The notes beneath the pieces were generated by a model. It was not told where the DNA came from, made no database searches, and saw nothing but the letters and a program-made list of their open reading frames with translations. A stretch of 62,886 bases of DNA, the filler included, from Aduncisulcus paluster (lineage: Eukaryota): the NCBI GenBank assembly GCA_024181965.1. It is 8 parts of 8 records of this genome, joined end to end, with 100 filler letters (N's around TTAATTAATTAA, not from the genome) between each part and the next. Parts side by side here need not be neighbours in the genome. Positions count along the whole stretch, not along the records: positions 1 to 11,388 come from BQXS01012347.1; 7 more parts are not named here. One strand, given 5' to 3'. A program made the translations under genes and the position numbers. Positions 1 to 11,488 of this stretch are shown piece by piece. Positions within the stretch are counted from its first letter, which is position 1; the number at the start of each line of letters is the position of its first letter.

Positions 1-3000
1 AGAAGATGTTTTTATTCTTTCTCTTCCATTGAATGTAAGGTTAATGCTGAGAAAATAGGAAAGAGAAGATATGGAGAATTGAAATCTTTAACTTTAATGT
101 CAAGAAAAGATCAGAAACACAATGCATCTAATGCAAATGATAACATTCGCACTACTGATTCCTCTTCTGATGTAATTGGAACCCCTGTGAGTTCTCCATG
201 TAATTTGCTCCCCCTCTCTCTCTTCCTCTCCCCTCTTTTCTTCTTCAATTCGTATCTTCCTGACTCTTCTTTCTCTACTTCTCCGCTTCCTTCCCACTGC
301 TCCTTGTCTCCAATTACTCTTTGTGAGTCCTTCTTGGTTGTTTCCAGTATCACATCAAGGATGTCACCTCCACAGAGCACATCTCAAGCTCTTGTTAAGT
401 CTTCTTCACATTTCAATCAAAGATCCGCAAGTTCAGCATCTAAATTGATTGTTCTCTCCTCTTTATCGTTGTCTTCTCTCCAGCCTCTCTTGTCCATCCA
501 CTGTTCATCTTCCCCTCACTCGAGCATCTTCACGACTCTCTCCAACTCTATGTGTGCTCCCGCTCTGCCTGAAGATCATATCTATACTCAACAAGAGAGA
601 TCTCTTCTGAAGTCATTTGTTGAGGTTGGAGTCAAGCATTCACCAGTTATATCAATGTTAGTGTTAATTGGAGTTGAGGAGAATGTCAAAACAAGGGAGA
701 GGAAAGGAAAGGCGCAAGGAATCGGACTTTGGATGGACCGTAGTTCTTTGATATCTGCTTATTCTTCCACGGTGGTATCACCCTGTTCTAACCCCATACT
801 CCAATCTGCTGGAAGTGAAGGAAGGAAGAAGAATGGGAGTGAAATAATTGAAACAATAGATGAATCAACATCGGAAGAAGAAGAGGAAGAAGAAGAGAGA
901 GAAGAGGGAGAGGAAGGGAAGACCTTGCACTCAGCACAATATAAATCTGTTTCAGCCGATTCTCCCCATACTAATGTTCCATTGCCTTCATATTGCTCAA
1001 GGAAAATCCAAGGCACCATGTTCCCTAAATTCCTTGTACTGTTGACTCGTTGCATACGAAGCAAGGCCTGGAAAGAGATGTTTAAACCTCTTGAAGCTGT
1101 TGATGATTGTTCTCCTAAAGATGGAAGCAGGGAAAAAAAGGATAAGAATTGTGATGAAGTTCAAGCAATTAATGTTGTAATTCCTTCTAAAAAGCATCAA
1201 TTCATGCATCAGATCGTATTCTTTTTATCCCATCTACTCCCACAGTCGATGTTCTCCTCTCTCCAGCTTAACAACGGACATATACATCTATTCGACTCCT
1301 CATCTGTCTCCTCCTTCTTCTCTTCTCGTGCTTTCTTCGTCTTGTCTCGTTCCATGGATCTTTCTAGACTCCCTCTTCTCCACTCTTCTCTCTCTCTGTG
1401 TCTCTCCTTGAGTGATCCAGCTATTCGGGCGTGGGAAGGTGTGTGGAGATGTTTGTGTGTCAACGACGAGTTCTTTTCTGTTATTCGAGTACTAAAGCTG
1501 GGAACTGAGCAATCTGAGAAAGAGCGTGCCAACCTACTGAAACAATACAATAAGAAATGGTTAGAATGGCAAAAGAAAGGGGTTGACACAGAGTGGAAGA
1601 GATCTCAAGTTCTGCAGACAAGAAAGGTTGTCACAGCTGCCACAAGAAAACAAGCATCCGGACATGACTCTTCTTCTTCCTCCTTGTCTTCTGCTCCTCT
1701 CTTCATTTCTCCTCAACTTGCACCCACCTTACTTCCACTCCTTGTAACTCTCCTATTAGGTCGTGTGACTATGTCCAGAGGAGCTAGGGATAAGCGTGAG
1801 CACACCAGGATGAGTATGGCTGCCTTACAGTGGCTTGGGAGACTCAATCCATATTTCTTGAAGCCTATATTCTGTTCCATTCTTGATCTATTCAAGGGAA
1901 TGCCAGTCACAGCCTTCGGTCATAACTGGAGATCTTTAGAGCCTCGATTGGGTGTGACTATGAACCTATCCCTTTCATCTAACTCCGATATGCTATTGAC
2001 AATGGATGATCTGATGGGCGTTGGGCAAGTTGATGGAATCAGTGTGCTTGATTCTGTTAAGGATATGTCTCTATCTCATCTCTCGAGAATGATGTGCATG
2101 GATTTACCCATGTCCGAGCTTTCATTGGGCCATATTCATCACCACACTGCTCTGATTACACATCTTGTGAAGAGAGCCTATTCAATTGATCGAAATCATA
2201 TCAGATATATTCAAATTACTCTGTTAAAGATGATTAAAGTCTTCAAAAGGAAACTTATTCCTGTTTTACCGTCTGTTTTACTGTTTATTTCGATTATTAT
2301 TGTTGCAAATGCCCCTCTAGCTTCTCGAGATGGAAAGAAATTCTCTCTTTTCACGACAAATGAAAGGACGAGAGAAGTTATCTTGTCTTCTCCCTTCCTT
2401 TCATCTCTCTGTTCATCCTTGGAGTCTGTGAGTGAATTCTCATCAACATCTGCTCGGTCTTCTCTTGCATTCTCCTTGGCTATCGATTGTTTATTGAGTA
2501 TTCTTGTGGATATTTCTGGGTGGAATAACTCAATATCTAAACGTGGAATGATGGATATTGATATGATTCCAACGTCTATCAAATCTATCCTCTCTTCTCT
2601 CTCTCCTCTTTTGTTCCTCGGAGTCTCAATGTCCTCTGATAAGCTTGCTGAGAGACTGTACGAAAGAGAAACTCCCAAGAAGAATGCCGGAATAGATAGT
2701 GGGGTTGAGGAACATGATCACACCGATACTGATGAGTCTAAAAATAGTAACATTTCTATTAATGAGAAACATCAGAGGAAACTCTATCCTGGTTTAGCCT
2801 TATCTACGTCTATTCTTCCCCTCATTGGTATGATATCTCAATTCAACATTGGTGGAATAACACAAGAAATGATACGTTTATTAGGTTGGATTACAGTCGA
2901 AAAGAAGATGAGAAAGAAAGAAGAAGAAGAAGAAGAAGAACGGGAAGAGCAAGAAGGAGAGGAAGAAGGAGATGATGTGATTATTCAAGAACATGTGACA

Positions 3001-6000
3001 GTGCCCGTTCGTGATAGAATTTACTCAGCCCCTGCTCTTCTTTCTTTCCTCTCTCGCTCTCCTGAACTCCTCCAGACTGTATCTCCTTTCCTTTTGGAGT
3101 TTGTGTGTGGATATATGGGTCGAGATGAGTTTGAAGGGAAAGAAACAAAAGAGGAAACCATTTTACGCTCCATGTTGCTATCTTTCTTGCTTCACCATCA
3201 TGAACATTTGTGCCTAAAAACTGAGTCCGGAAATGAACGGACATGCTCAAGTTCAGCTTCCACTCTCCAACAACAGGGCAAATCTATCTCAATGCTTCTA
3301 TCGTCACTTGTTAATCCATTAGTTTCTCAAAATGTTCTAAATATAGTTCGTGAGAATAATGGGAATATTGATTCATGTGGGAATATTCTTGGCTTTTCCA
3401 ACCGAAGGAAGTATGAATGTGTCCTTGAATGGGAATCGAGACGAAGATCTGAACGTCGAAGATTGAAGAAAGAAGCGATGAAATTAAAACTAAAAAAGGA
3501 AGAAGAGGAAGAAGAGGAAGAGGAAGATGAAGTTGAAGAATACTCAAAGTCTGACGATAGTACAGTAGAATCTTCTAGGTTTGATGAATCTGTCTCCGAT
3601 GATAATGTTAAAGGTGACGGAGGAGATGAAAGGAGTGAGAATGAAGACCAAGAGAATGATCATTTATCTCATAACCAACGCAATGAGGATGGAGAAGCTC
3701 TTGTTCTATCTGTTCTGAGTCTTGTCCACACCCTGCAACCTCTCCATCCATCTCCACTTGAGTTAGGACAGTCCTTAGCTCCTATTCTAAGCTCTTATAC
3801 CTCCTCTGGAATCCTGTCCAAAGTATGGAACATACTCCAGGCAACGTGCACAGTTATGAATGACAGAATGAGAGGTGATTCACGGAGATCATCTCCTCAG
3901 TACAGTCTCAATGCTTGGACAGATGATAGAACTTTATCGTCTTTCTACACTCAACTACCTCCAATATCCTCATTTAATGAGTTATTCCCTGTTATCTCTC
4001 TCCTTGTATTCGAATGTAAGAGAGCTCAAGGATATACAGTTCCAGAGGAAATGCCTTCAGGTGTGTGTTTAGAGGCTGAGAAGGCCTTAATTGGTGATTT
4101 GAAAGAAAAAGATCAAGTTAATTCCATCAAACGTCATGTCCATCTTGTAGGTGTCATATTACAGTCGGTATCACGTTTCCTTGTAGAGAATCCTTCATAT
4201 TCCTCAGGTTTCAGTCAAGATGATTTCTCTACCCTTCTCAATGCTCTATTCCTTTCTCTCTCTGTTTCTCTTCATGGACTACTTGCTCTCTCATCCATCA
4301 AGAGAGAAACTATGAGAATCTCTAGTATTAAAGGTATACAGGAGATATCTCAATGCATTGTCGGGTGTGGGTTCATTCTCAAACGTTCACTGAAAGATCC
4401 ATTGAAGAATTCATCTGGCTCTGTTCGTTTACAAACAAATATCAGTGATATCATTAAGCATCTCAAGAAATGGGGTCGAGGAGCCAATCGGATATCTCGT
4501 GAATTCATTCAACAAAAATGTATTTCTCTCTCTTTGAAAGACCAATGGAAGCGTCTTTGGAGCGTTGGAATGTTGAGTGCTCTTGTAAGTTCATGTGTTA
4601 ATGTATGTCGTATGTTCGAGGGTATTTCAAGCAATAATAGCAATAATAATTACTCTGAAATGTTCAATTCTCTGTTCTCACATGGAGATGATGATGAATC
4701 TGTTTCTCAATTATCTATAAATAGATCAAAGTTGTTCAAAACATCCAATCTTGAAGAGTTTCAGAGTCTTGTTGCTCCATTCTCATCTGTTCTTGGTCTC
4801 CATCAACACTTGGTTGTTTTCCATCGGTGCGGTTTGTTCTATTTTTATCTCATGAATCAAATCAATGAGAAAATCCAAAGTATTGATATTTGTCATAATG
4901 TTGTTATGAATAAGATTCCGAATATTATCAAAATTATGGAAAAAGAGAGAAGGAGAGGTTTTGTTTCTGATGTTGATGAAGAGTTTTCTGAAGAGAAGGA
5001 AGAAGAAGAAGAAGAGGAGGAGGAGGAAGAGGAGGAGAAGGATGGAGAAGAAGAGGAAGAAGAAGAGGAAGAAGAAACCTCAACTTCTCTTGTTCCAAGT
5101 TCAATCCTTCGTGGTCTTCTCTTCTTCTCTCTTCCTCCATCTCTCTCCACAAGGAAAGAGAAGAATCCTGATAACTCCCAACTCTCCTCCTCTTTCGTGT
5201 CATCTCTGGTCTCATCTTCTCTTCACTCTTCATTCCTCTATCCTCTTTTCTTCCCTTTTATTACAGATCCAAACCCGACCCAGGCTCAAATAGTTCCAGT
5301 TGCAAGCCTTAAATTACAACATTATGCTTCATCCGTTGGCCTTTCGCAGTATCTGAACGTTGTGAGAATTATTATGAGAAGGAAGAAAGAAGAAGTGGAA
5401 GGTTTAGGTAAACCAAAGGTTGTTATGTTTTCCAGGAGTAAGAAAATGAGGAAGAAACAAGAGAAAACAGCTCTGGCCATAAATAAGAAACTTATCACCC
5501 GTCTTGACATTCTTCTGATTGGAACATTATCAAAATTCCACTATGATTTGACTGGAATATCCATTCCTGTATCAAAGCCCCTATTTGTGACCATTAAGGG
5601 TGCAGAATGTGTGTGTTTATCTTCAGAACTTAAGAGTGTTTTGCAGGACATTGTTGGTGTTCTGTTTGAGGATGTGAGAATGATGAAATGGGGCAAGAAC
5701 TCTGCCGTGAGAGGAAAGCGTCAACTGACATCAACTTGGTCCACGAAGAGTGGGTATTCAGGGTCATCCAATGCCAAACTAATGTCAACTCTTATCCACA
5801 TATTATACCATACTCCAGCTCATGTTCAGAACTCCCTCATTCCTAAACTGATCAATACTTTCTCAGCACATCTAAAAACGGATGATGGTGAAGAAAGAGC
5901 TCGTGTTATTGATGGTCTTCTTGAGATCATGTCCAACGTGGGTATTAAATACCTTGACTCCCTTCTAATGTATCTCAGACAGATCCTTGTGAAGGGTTAC

Positions 6001-9000
6001 AGACAACATGTTCTTGCCTATGTGACAGATGAAGTCATAAAGATACTCAGTAAGACTGTGCATGAAGGGAATGCTGAGACATGGAGGACAAGCACCCTGA
6101 TTAATTATGGAACAGAGTCAGAACATAAGCAAGTTGAGGAGTACATTGAACATGAACAAAGGAAAGAAAAGGAAGAAGAAGAAACATCCAAAGAGGAGGA
6201 ATATGAATATGAGGAAGTGAGTGAGTATGATTATGAAGAAGAAGAGGAGGAAGAGGAACAAGAGAAGAGGGATATTGATAAGAACATAGAGCAATTAGAT
6301 GAGCAGATTGGGTCTAATATTGTATCAAAGGAGAAAGCGAATGAACTAAGTTCGTTATCTCCAAAAATACAAGCTATTATTAAGAATTACTCACAATCTG
6401 CCATATCCACCATGCAACCTATCTCTTTCTTCCTTTCTCCAGTCACCCTTAAATTTGTGCTCTCTCTGATTGAATCTGAGACATTTGGCACTCTGGGGGA
6501 GGAGAAGAAAGGGGAGCGTGCAACATCAAAGCAAAATACGGTATCTCACAAAGAACAACGCACATTCAACTCTGCTTCTCTCATGAACCATATGTTTAAG
6601 CACGTCAATGTACTTGACGACTCACATTGGTATGCTATTGTGTTGTCCACCATAAGGGACTGGTGCAATACTTATTGTGACGAGATTGGTGATGGTGCAA
6701 CTTACTCTGTCGCCTCTTCACTCTCAACACATCCGACATCATCGGCCCCTATCGTCCGTGGCCGGCGTCATGGTACGGCTGCTTCGGCTACAGGCGGTGG
6801 ATCCAAAGATCAAATGAAATCTCCCCTGGAGAATCTCTCCCACCTTTTGTCGCACAGTTCCCTTGGTCTCTCTGACAATTTTCTCCTTGTTTCTCACCCA
6901 TGCTCAGTGTCCATAATGCTTATGAACTCTGCGAGAGAGTGTGTGAGTGAGGAAGTGCTTAAACAAATAGCCAATGAGGAAAAAAGAGCTACACTCGAAA
7001 TTATGAGAAGAAAATCGAACATGTCAACAGATTTCATTCTTTATCGCCAAGCTATAAAGAAGACAAGTGTTCATTTGCATGTATTCAGTGAAATGTGTCT
7101 TGATGTTGTCAGGATCTGTGTTAAGAAATCCAAGATTGAGGTTTCGAAGAGAGGGAAAGACGAGTTTATTGACACTTTCTTGCCTCCTCTCTCTTCCTTG
7201 GAGTCTGAGTCAAACAATGTCCAAGCTAATCCAGGAAATGGTCGGATTTCTGCCAAGGAAAGGCGTGTGAGTAAGCTTAAATTGTCAAAAGTCACTGGAT
7301 CTGTCTTTGCTACACGTCCAAGGACCATCAAAGAGATGATTCATGCTCATACTCTCGGCTATATCCTCTCAACCTGTTGTTTCTTATCCTCCTCTGCATT
7401 CACAACTGTGGCATCTCTCTCTTTCTCCCTCATTTCAATGATTGTTAAACTTCCTATTAAACAGAGATATCTGAGTGGATCATGGGTGTACGACGATGAA
7501 GAGACGAAGAAAGGGAAAAGTCAACCTAGTTTGGCCAAAAAGGAGAAACGATGGATGTGGTCTGACCGATGCTTTGGGAAAAAGAGGAATTCTGTTACTT
7601 CTGAGGGTCATTTCTCCAATTCTCTTCCTCTTTACTTCAGGATCTCTTCTCCTCCCTTTGATCTTGAACCATATACATCCTCTCCTGTCCACGCTCTCTC
7701 CTCTGCTTCCTCACAACTCTCCAAGGGAGTCCACGTGTCCAATCTTCATGTTCAACGGCTATCGGCTGCCGTGTATTCGTGTCTGGCTAATCTGATATCA
7801 TTTTGTCCTCAAATAACCTCAATATCTCAGCGGGACTTTGGGAAGATCGTTTCTTTCATCCATAGTGATATTGTAGCCTATCCAACCCTTGTTCATCCTT
7901 ACACGCTGCTCTCGGTGATTGTGAAACGTGGTATTGAAATCCCTGAAGTGTACGATCTCATACCAATTATCTGGAAAACATGTCTTCAGAGTTCTAACGC
8001 AGAGATCCAGACCCAAGCCCAGCGGACGTATGTGAATTGGTTTGTATTATACCCGATGACACCGAAGAAGAGGGAACAGGAGTGGAATAAGGTATTGAAT
8101 GGATGTATTAAGAGCACAACAGCATCAGCCACCCTCTCTTCATACTCCACCCTTGCTCAGATAATGCCCATTATCGGTGTAGAGTTCCTCACTGAGCATG
8201 CTCTTTCCCTCTCTGTGATAATCGCTGGTGGAAGGTGGAGGTGGGGTGGACATGTTCATTCCAGAACAGCACACGATGCTCAAGGATCATCTGTGACTCT
8301 TTCTAACTCCTCTGGCGTTACTATTACTTCATGTTCACTGAGTGTTTCTATTTGTGAATATATATGTACGGTTACAAGGGAATTGTGTTCAAGGGTTTCT
8401 GGATGGAATATATGTCAATGTTTAATTGATATTGTTAAGATGGGTGAAACAGAGCAAGGTACAAGAACCAACAACACTCTTGGAAAGGACAGGTATGTTT
8501 CTTCTTTTGCCAAGACAATGGAATATCACGATGATTCAACCACCAGTATTGAAGGTGGAAAGAAGAACAAAGGGAAAGGTCGGAAAGATTGTCTTGGTGG
8601 AAGAAAGAAGACAAAGAAGAATCCAAAAGATATGGATTTAGAGCCTGTTTCGAATCCTTTGGCCTTGTCTGATGTCTTGTTCACTCTCTCTCTTTCGCTC
8701 TCTGATATTCGACTTAAGTTTGGTGCCATGTTTATTCTTTGTGATATTTGTGAATCATTGTCAGAGAAAGAATGCATCTCGATGTGGTCAAGTATCCAAA
8801 AGTCAGCTGTTTATAGTGAATTCCTTACTATTATTAAGGAAGAAGATCAATCACATGGTTTATTGAGATCTAAGATAGTGGAAGAGGGAAAAGAAGATGA
8901 GGAGGAAGAAGAAGAAGAGGAGGAGCTTGTAATGGTCAAGCAAGGTTTTAAGAGATTATATACTGGTTCTGAAGAGTTTGATGAATCTGTATGCATGTTA

Positions 9001-9993
9001 TTTTCATCTCTGGTGACTCTTTGCGAGTGTGTTATGAGAAGAGCCTCTCCCGTGAAAGTTGTTAAGGCTGAAATATCCCTTCAAAAACAATCGGAGAAGT
9101 ATATGATTCCATTGTCAATCAGACCGATGCTCCTTGCTAGAGATGTCATTCTTAATCTTCACGATATTGCAACATTGGCTTGTCTTCACGCCTGCGATCT
9201 CTTGGCCGATGTTCTCGCACAAAATATTGTGTTTTATCATTGGAAGGAGAATTCTAGTGAAAAGATTAAGCAATTTGAGGCGGGAGAGGATGATGTTATT
9301 TCTAAAAATAGGATATCGCGGAGAGATCTTGAGAAACTCATGAACAATGTGAGCAGATGTATCTGTTGTGGAGAGGAAGAGGAGGTTGTTCTCGGTGAGA
9401 AAGTTTGGATTTCTATTATTAGAAAATGTCTCAAATTAAGTTCCTATATTCCTTCTGATGGATGTTCTGTTCATGGAGCTTCATTATTCAACTCTCTCTT
9501 TTTAAAGATGGTGTCATATATCCTGACTCCAATGAAAGCCCACACGTATGTCTTCCTTGCTCAACGGTCAACAGCTTTATTGGAGTCTAACTCGAGTTTC
9601 TCTCCCCTCGTTCAGTCTGGGATCTCTGCACTGAAGGTATTAGCCTCACCATCTCTCCTCTCACCGGAATCTATCATTTCCAAGCTCTCTTTGCCACACT
9701 TCTTGTCTTTATACAGTCGCATAAGGGATGATCGTCTTGGGTATCTTGTCGAGCCCAGTGTTAAAGAGGCCGCAGAGAAAATCCACACACAAGTACGCAG
9801 AATTTGTGGCGATGAACTGATCGCAAGAGCGATCGACAGTGTTGAGATGAGCATGGAAAAGAAGAGAATCGAAAGAAAGGCAGAGTCAAGTATCCAATAT
9901 GTTCTGAATCCAAAACAAGCGGAACAGAGAAGGAAAGAGAAGAGGATAAAAGAAAAGCGAAGAAAAAAACAACGAAGAGTGGAGAAGCTCTGA
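1..9993 (+). CDS. UTP20: U3 snoRNP/SSU processome component UTP20 (DRIM), 5'-partial
   Basis: Frame is open from base 1. Helical HEAT-like protein of more than 3300 aa with UTP20-type motifs LRQILVKGYRQHVLAYV, IPEVYDL and YPMTPKK, and a basic C-terminus (RKAESSIQYVLNPKQAEQRRKEK). Confidence 0.8.
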   Translation, partial: RRCFYSFSSIECKVNAEKIGKRRYGELKSLTLMSRKDQKHNASNANDNIRTTDSSSDVIGTPVSSPCNLLPLSLFLSPLFFFNSYLPDSSFSTSPLPSHCSLSPITLCESFLVVSSITSRMSPPQSTSQALVKSSSHFNQRSASSASKLIVLSSLSLSSLQPLLSIHCSSSPHSSIFTTLSNSMCAPALPEDHIYTQQERSLLKSFVEVGVKHSPVISMLVLIGVEENVKTRERKGKAQGIGLWMDRSSLISAYSSTVVSPCSNPILQSAGSEGRKKNGSEIIETIDESTSEEEEEEEEREEGEEGKTLHSAQYKSVSADSPHTNVPLPSYCSRKIQGTMFPKFLVLLTRCIRSKAWKEMFKPLEAVDDCSPKDGSREKKDKNCDEVQAINVVIPSKKHQFMHQIVFFLSHLLPQSMFSSLQLNNGHIHLFDSSSVSSFFSSRAFFVLSRSMDLSRLPLLHSSLSLCLSLSDPAIRAWEGVWRCLCVNDEFFSVIRVLKLGTEQSEKERANLLKQYNKKWLEWQKKGVDTEWKRSQVLQTRKVVTAATRKQASGHDSSSSSLSSAPLFISPQLAPTLLPLLVTLLLGRVTMSRGARDKREHTRMSMAALQWLGRLNPYFLKPIFCSILDLFKGMPVTAFGHNWRSLEPRLGVTMNLSLSSNSDMLLTMDDLMGVGQVDGISVLDSVKDMSLSHLSRMMCMDLPMSELSLGHIHHHTALITHLVKRAYSIDRNHIRYIQITLLKMIKVFKRKLIPVLPSVLLFISIIIVANAPLASRDGKKFSLFTTNERTREVILSSPFLSSLCSSLESVSEFSSTSARSSLAFSLAIDCLLSILVDISGWNNSISKRGMMDIDMIPTSIKSILSSLSPLLFLGVSMSSDKLAERLYERETPKKNAGIDSGVEEHDHTDTDESKNSNISINEKHQRKLYPGLALSTSILPLIGMISQFNIGGITQEMIRLLGWITVEKKMRKKEEEEEEEREEQEGEEEGDDVIIQEHVTVPVRDRIYSAPALLSFLSRSPELLQTVSPFLLEFVCGYMGRDEFEGKETKEETILRSMLLSFLLHHHEHLCLKTESGNERTCSSSASTLQQQGKSISMLLSSLVNPLVSQNVLNIVRENNGNIDSCGNILGFSNRRKYECVLEWESRRRSERRRLKKEAMKLKLKKEEEEEEEEEDEVEEYSKSDDSTVESSRFDESVSDDNVKGDGGDERSENEDQENDHLSHNQRNEDGEALVLSVLSLVHTLQPLHPSPLELGQSLAPILSSYTSSGILSKVWNILQATCTVMNDRMRGDSRRSSPQYSLNAWTDDRTLSSFYTQLPPISSFNELFPVISLLVFECKRAQGYTVPEEMPSGVCLEAEKALIGDLKEKDQVNSIKRHVHLVGVILQSVSRFLVENPSYSSGFSQDDFSTLLNALFLSLSVSLHGLLALSSIKRETMRISSIKGIQEISQCIVGCGFILKRSLKDPLKNSSGSVRLQTNISDIIKHLKKWGRGANRISREFIQQKCISLSLKDQWKRLWSVGMLSALVSSCVNVCRMFEGISSNNSNNNYSEMFNSLFSHGDDDESVSQLSINRSKLFKTSNLEEFQSLVAPFSSVLGLHQHLVVFHRCGLFYFYLMNQINEKIQSIDICHNVVMNKIPNIIKIMEKERRRGFVSDVDEEFSEEKEEEEEEEEEEEEEKDGEEEEEEEEEETSTSLVPSSILRGLLFFSLPPSLSTRKEKNPDNSQLSSSFVSSLVSSSLHSSFLYPLFFPFITDPNPTQAQIVPVASLKLQHYASSVGLSQYLNVVRIIMRRKKEEVEGLGKPKVVMFSRSKKMRKKQEKTALAINKKLITRLDILLIGTLSKFHYDLTGISIPVSKPLFVTIKGAECVCLSSELKSVLQDIVGVLFEDVRMMKWGKNSAVRGKRQLTSTWSTKSGYSGSSNAKLMSTLIHILYHTPAHVQNSLIPKLINTFSAHLKTDDGEERARVIDGLLEIMSNVGIKYLDSLLMYLRQILVKGYRQHVLAYVTDEVIKILSKTVHEGNAETWRTSTLINYGTESEHKQVEEYIEHEQRKEKEEEETSKEEEYEYEEVSEYDYEEEEEEEEQEKRDIDKNIEQLDEQIGSNIVSKEKANELSSLSPKIQAIIKNYSQSAISTMQPISFFLSPVTLKFVLSLIESETFGTLGEEKKGERATSKQNTVSHKEQRTFNSASLMNHMFKHVNVLDDSHWYAIVLSTIRDWCNTYCDEIGDGATYSVASSLSTHPTSSAPIVRGRRHGTAASATGGGSKDQMKSPLENLSHLLSHSSLGLSDNFLLVSHPCSVSIMLMNSARECVSEEVLKQIANEEKRATLEIMRRKSNMSTDFILYRQAIKKTSVHLHVFSEMCLDVVRICVKKSKIEVSKRGKDEFIDTFLPPLSSLESESNNVQANPGNGRISAKERRVSKLKLSKVTGSVFATRPRTIKEMIHAHTLGYILSTCCFLSSSAFTTVASLSFSLISMIVKLPIKQRYLSGSWVYDDEETKKGKSQPSLAKKEKRWMWSDRCFGKKRNSVTSEGHFSNSLPLYFRISSPPFDLEPYTSSPVHALSSASSQLSKGVHVSNLHVQRLSAAVYSCLANLISFCPQITSISQRDFGKIVSFIHSDIVAYPTLVHPYTLLSVIVKRGIEIPEVYDLIPIIWKTCLQSSNAEIQTQAQRTYVNWFVLYPMTPKKREQEWNKVLNGCIKSTTASATLSSYSTLAQIMPIIGVEFLTEHALSLSVIIAGGRWRWGGHVHSRTAHDAQGSSVTLSNSSGVTITSCSLSVSICEYICTVTRELCSRVSGWNICQCLIDIVKMGETEQGTRTNNTLGKDRYVSSFAKTMEYHDDSTTSIEGGKKNKGKGRKDCLGGRKKTKKNPKDMDLEPVSNPLALSDVLFTLSLSLSDIRLKFGAMFILCDICESLSEKECISMWSSIQKSAVYSEFLTIIKEEDQSHGLLRSKIVEEGKEDEEEEEEEEELVMVKQGFKRLYTGSEEFDESVCMLFSSLVTLCECVMRRASPVKVVKAEISLQKQSEKYMIPLSIRPMLLARDVILNLHDIATLACLHACDLLADVLAQNIVFYHWKENSSEKIKQFEAGEDDVISKNRISRRDLEKLMNNVSRCICCGEEEEVVLGEKVWISIIRKCLKLSSYIPSDGCSVHGASLFNSLFLKMVSYILTPMKAHTYVFLAQRSTALLESNSSFSPLVQSGISALKVLASPSLLSPESIISKLSLPHFLSLYSRIRDDRLGYLVEPSVKEAAEKIHTQVRRICGDELIARAIDSVEMSMEKKRIERKAESSIQYVLNPKQAEQRRKEKRIKEKRRKKQRRVEKL

Positions 9994-10204
9994 TGGAATG
10001 GAAATGTCGAAATATAAAGGTGAAGTAAAAATGTAAAAAATAAGCTTTAAAACTGGAGAGCACATTCACAACAAGTGGATGAGTTAGCACAAGTATATAC
10101 TATATACCGTTTCAACTGGGCATTGGGCAAGCATATCCATCACAATTGGAGCGATAGTAGTGTTTCTTAAAAAATCATTCACTTGAAGCAAGGATAATTA
10201 GTAA

Positions 10205-11388
10205 TTACATTATTATGCAACTTCTAGAATTCGAAAAGTCCTTTCTTTTCTTTGAATATTTAATAACATAAGATTTTTCGGAACAATTATCGAAATACTT
10301 TGAACAATAACTCTCCCAGCCTCCATTTTCTTTGCACCATTCAATGTCAGCGTCATATTTATGTGACAAGAGAGGAACAAGAGATGTATCAGTGGATAGC
10401 ATGGAAATGAGTTTAGACCAGTATTTGATTCCCCATTCGTGTTTCTTCTTCTTTACAGCTTCATACCAACCGTCGAGAAGATCCTTGATGTTGTCATATA
10501 TTTCTTGAACATGGGAGGGATCAGAACATAGGTTTGAGAAGAAATGTAAAACAAAGTGATATTGATGTTCAACAATCATATCCCCACAACACTCTTTCTT
10601 CACAAAATCAAGAATAGGATGAAAGAATGGCCATGATTCGGAACAGATAGCTTTGTTTGGAGAATAATTATCTGGTAAGAGAGTAATATTATTGAATATT
10701 ATTATCCACTGTTCATAATACTTATTATCCCCAAATATTCTTGTCATCCAATCTTTGGTATATGGTTTGATGAGGGTGAAGATGGATGATCGAGTGGAGG
10801 AAGATTTGGAATTGGAGATATTTCTGAGGGTATGTAATAACCTTTTTGAGATTTTCCCTTCCAACTTCTCCTTGATTCCTCTTTCAAGAATGCGGTGGAA
10901 AGTGGGAGATATCTTGGGGAAGAAGGGGTCAAGTTCATCAATTTTAAAAGTATAATTAATACAAATGATACAATACTCTTCATCAACATATCCTTCCAAT
11001 ACACTCCCAACTCTTGATAGATGATCAATGAAAGTATCAATGAGATCATTTAGATCAGGAATAGGGAGAAATATAGCATTTCTAGAAATATCATGTCTAA
11101 CAAACCATCTTAAACACTGAGCACAAAGAACAATCTCCTTTTTATGTCCTTTAATCTCACTCTTTGATTCGAATCCACGAAAAACAGAAAGAAATCCATC
11201 TCTATGTTCATGGTAGAGTTTAGAAGTTGACTCTGAGTCTGGACATTTCTTGATGAAACTGACCAACTTGACCAAGTCTTCCAATTTCTTCAGATATTGA
11301 GAATAGTTGGTGCAATACTTTGAACAATAACTCCTCCAATCCCCTCCATTATCCTTACACCACTCCATATGGGAATCATATTTAGGAG
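10205..11388 (-). CDS. Lineage-specific protein built from ~340-aa helical repeat units, 5'-partial
   Basis: ORF is open to the contig edge. The motif EWCK(D/E)NGG..W.SYCSKY occurs at both ends, and an identical 20-mer lies at 10294-10313 and 11314-11333 (period 1020 nt). Confidence 0.7.
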
Positions 11389-11488
11389 NNNNNNNNNNNN
11401 NNNNNNNNNNNNNNNNNNNNNNNNNNNNNNNNTTAATTAATTAANNNNNNNNNNNNNNNNNNNNNNNNNNNNNNNNNNNNNNNNNNNN
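11389..11488. other. Artificial contig linker
   Basis: 44 N + TTAATTAATTAA (stops in all six frames) + 44 N. Confidence 0.99.

Noticed and set aside
100..10090. Many short overlapping ORFs within UTP20 and other large genes
   Set aside because: These are low-complexity shadow frames of GAA/TCT-rich coding DNA.
11433..11444. Regularly recurring TTAATTAATTAA as a biological repeat or CRISPR-like element
   Set aside because: Always embedded in exactly 44+44 Ns; it is a six-frame stop linker.
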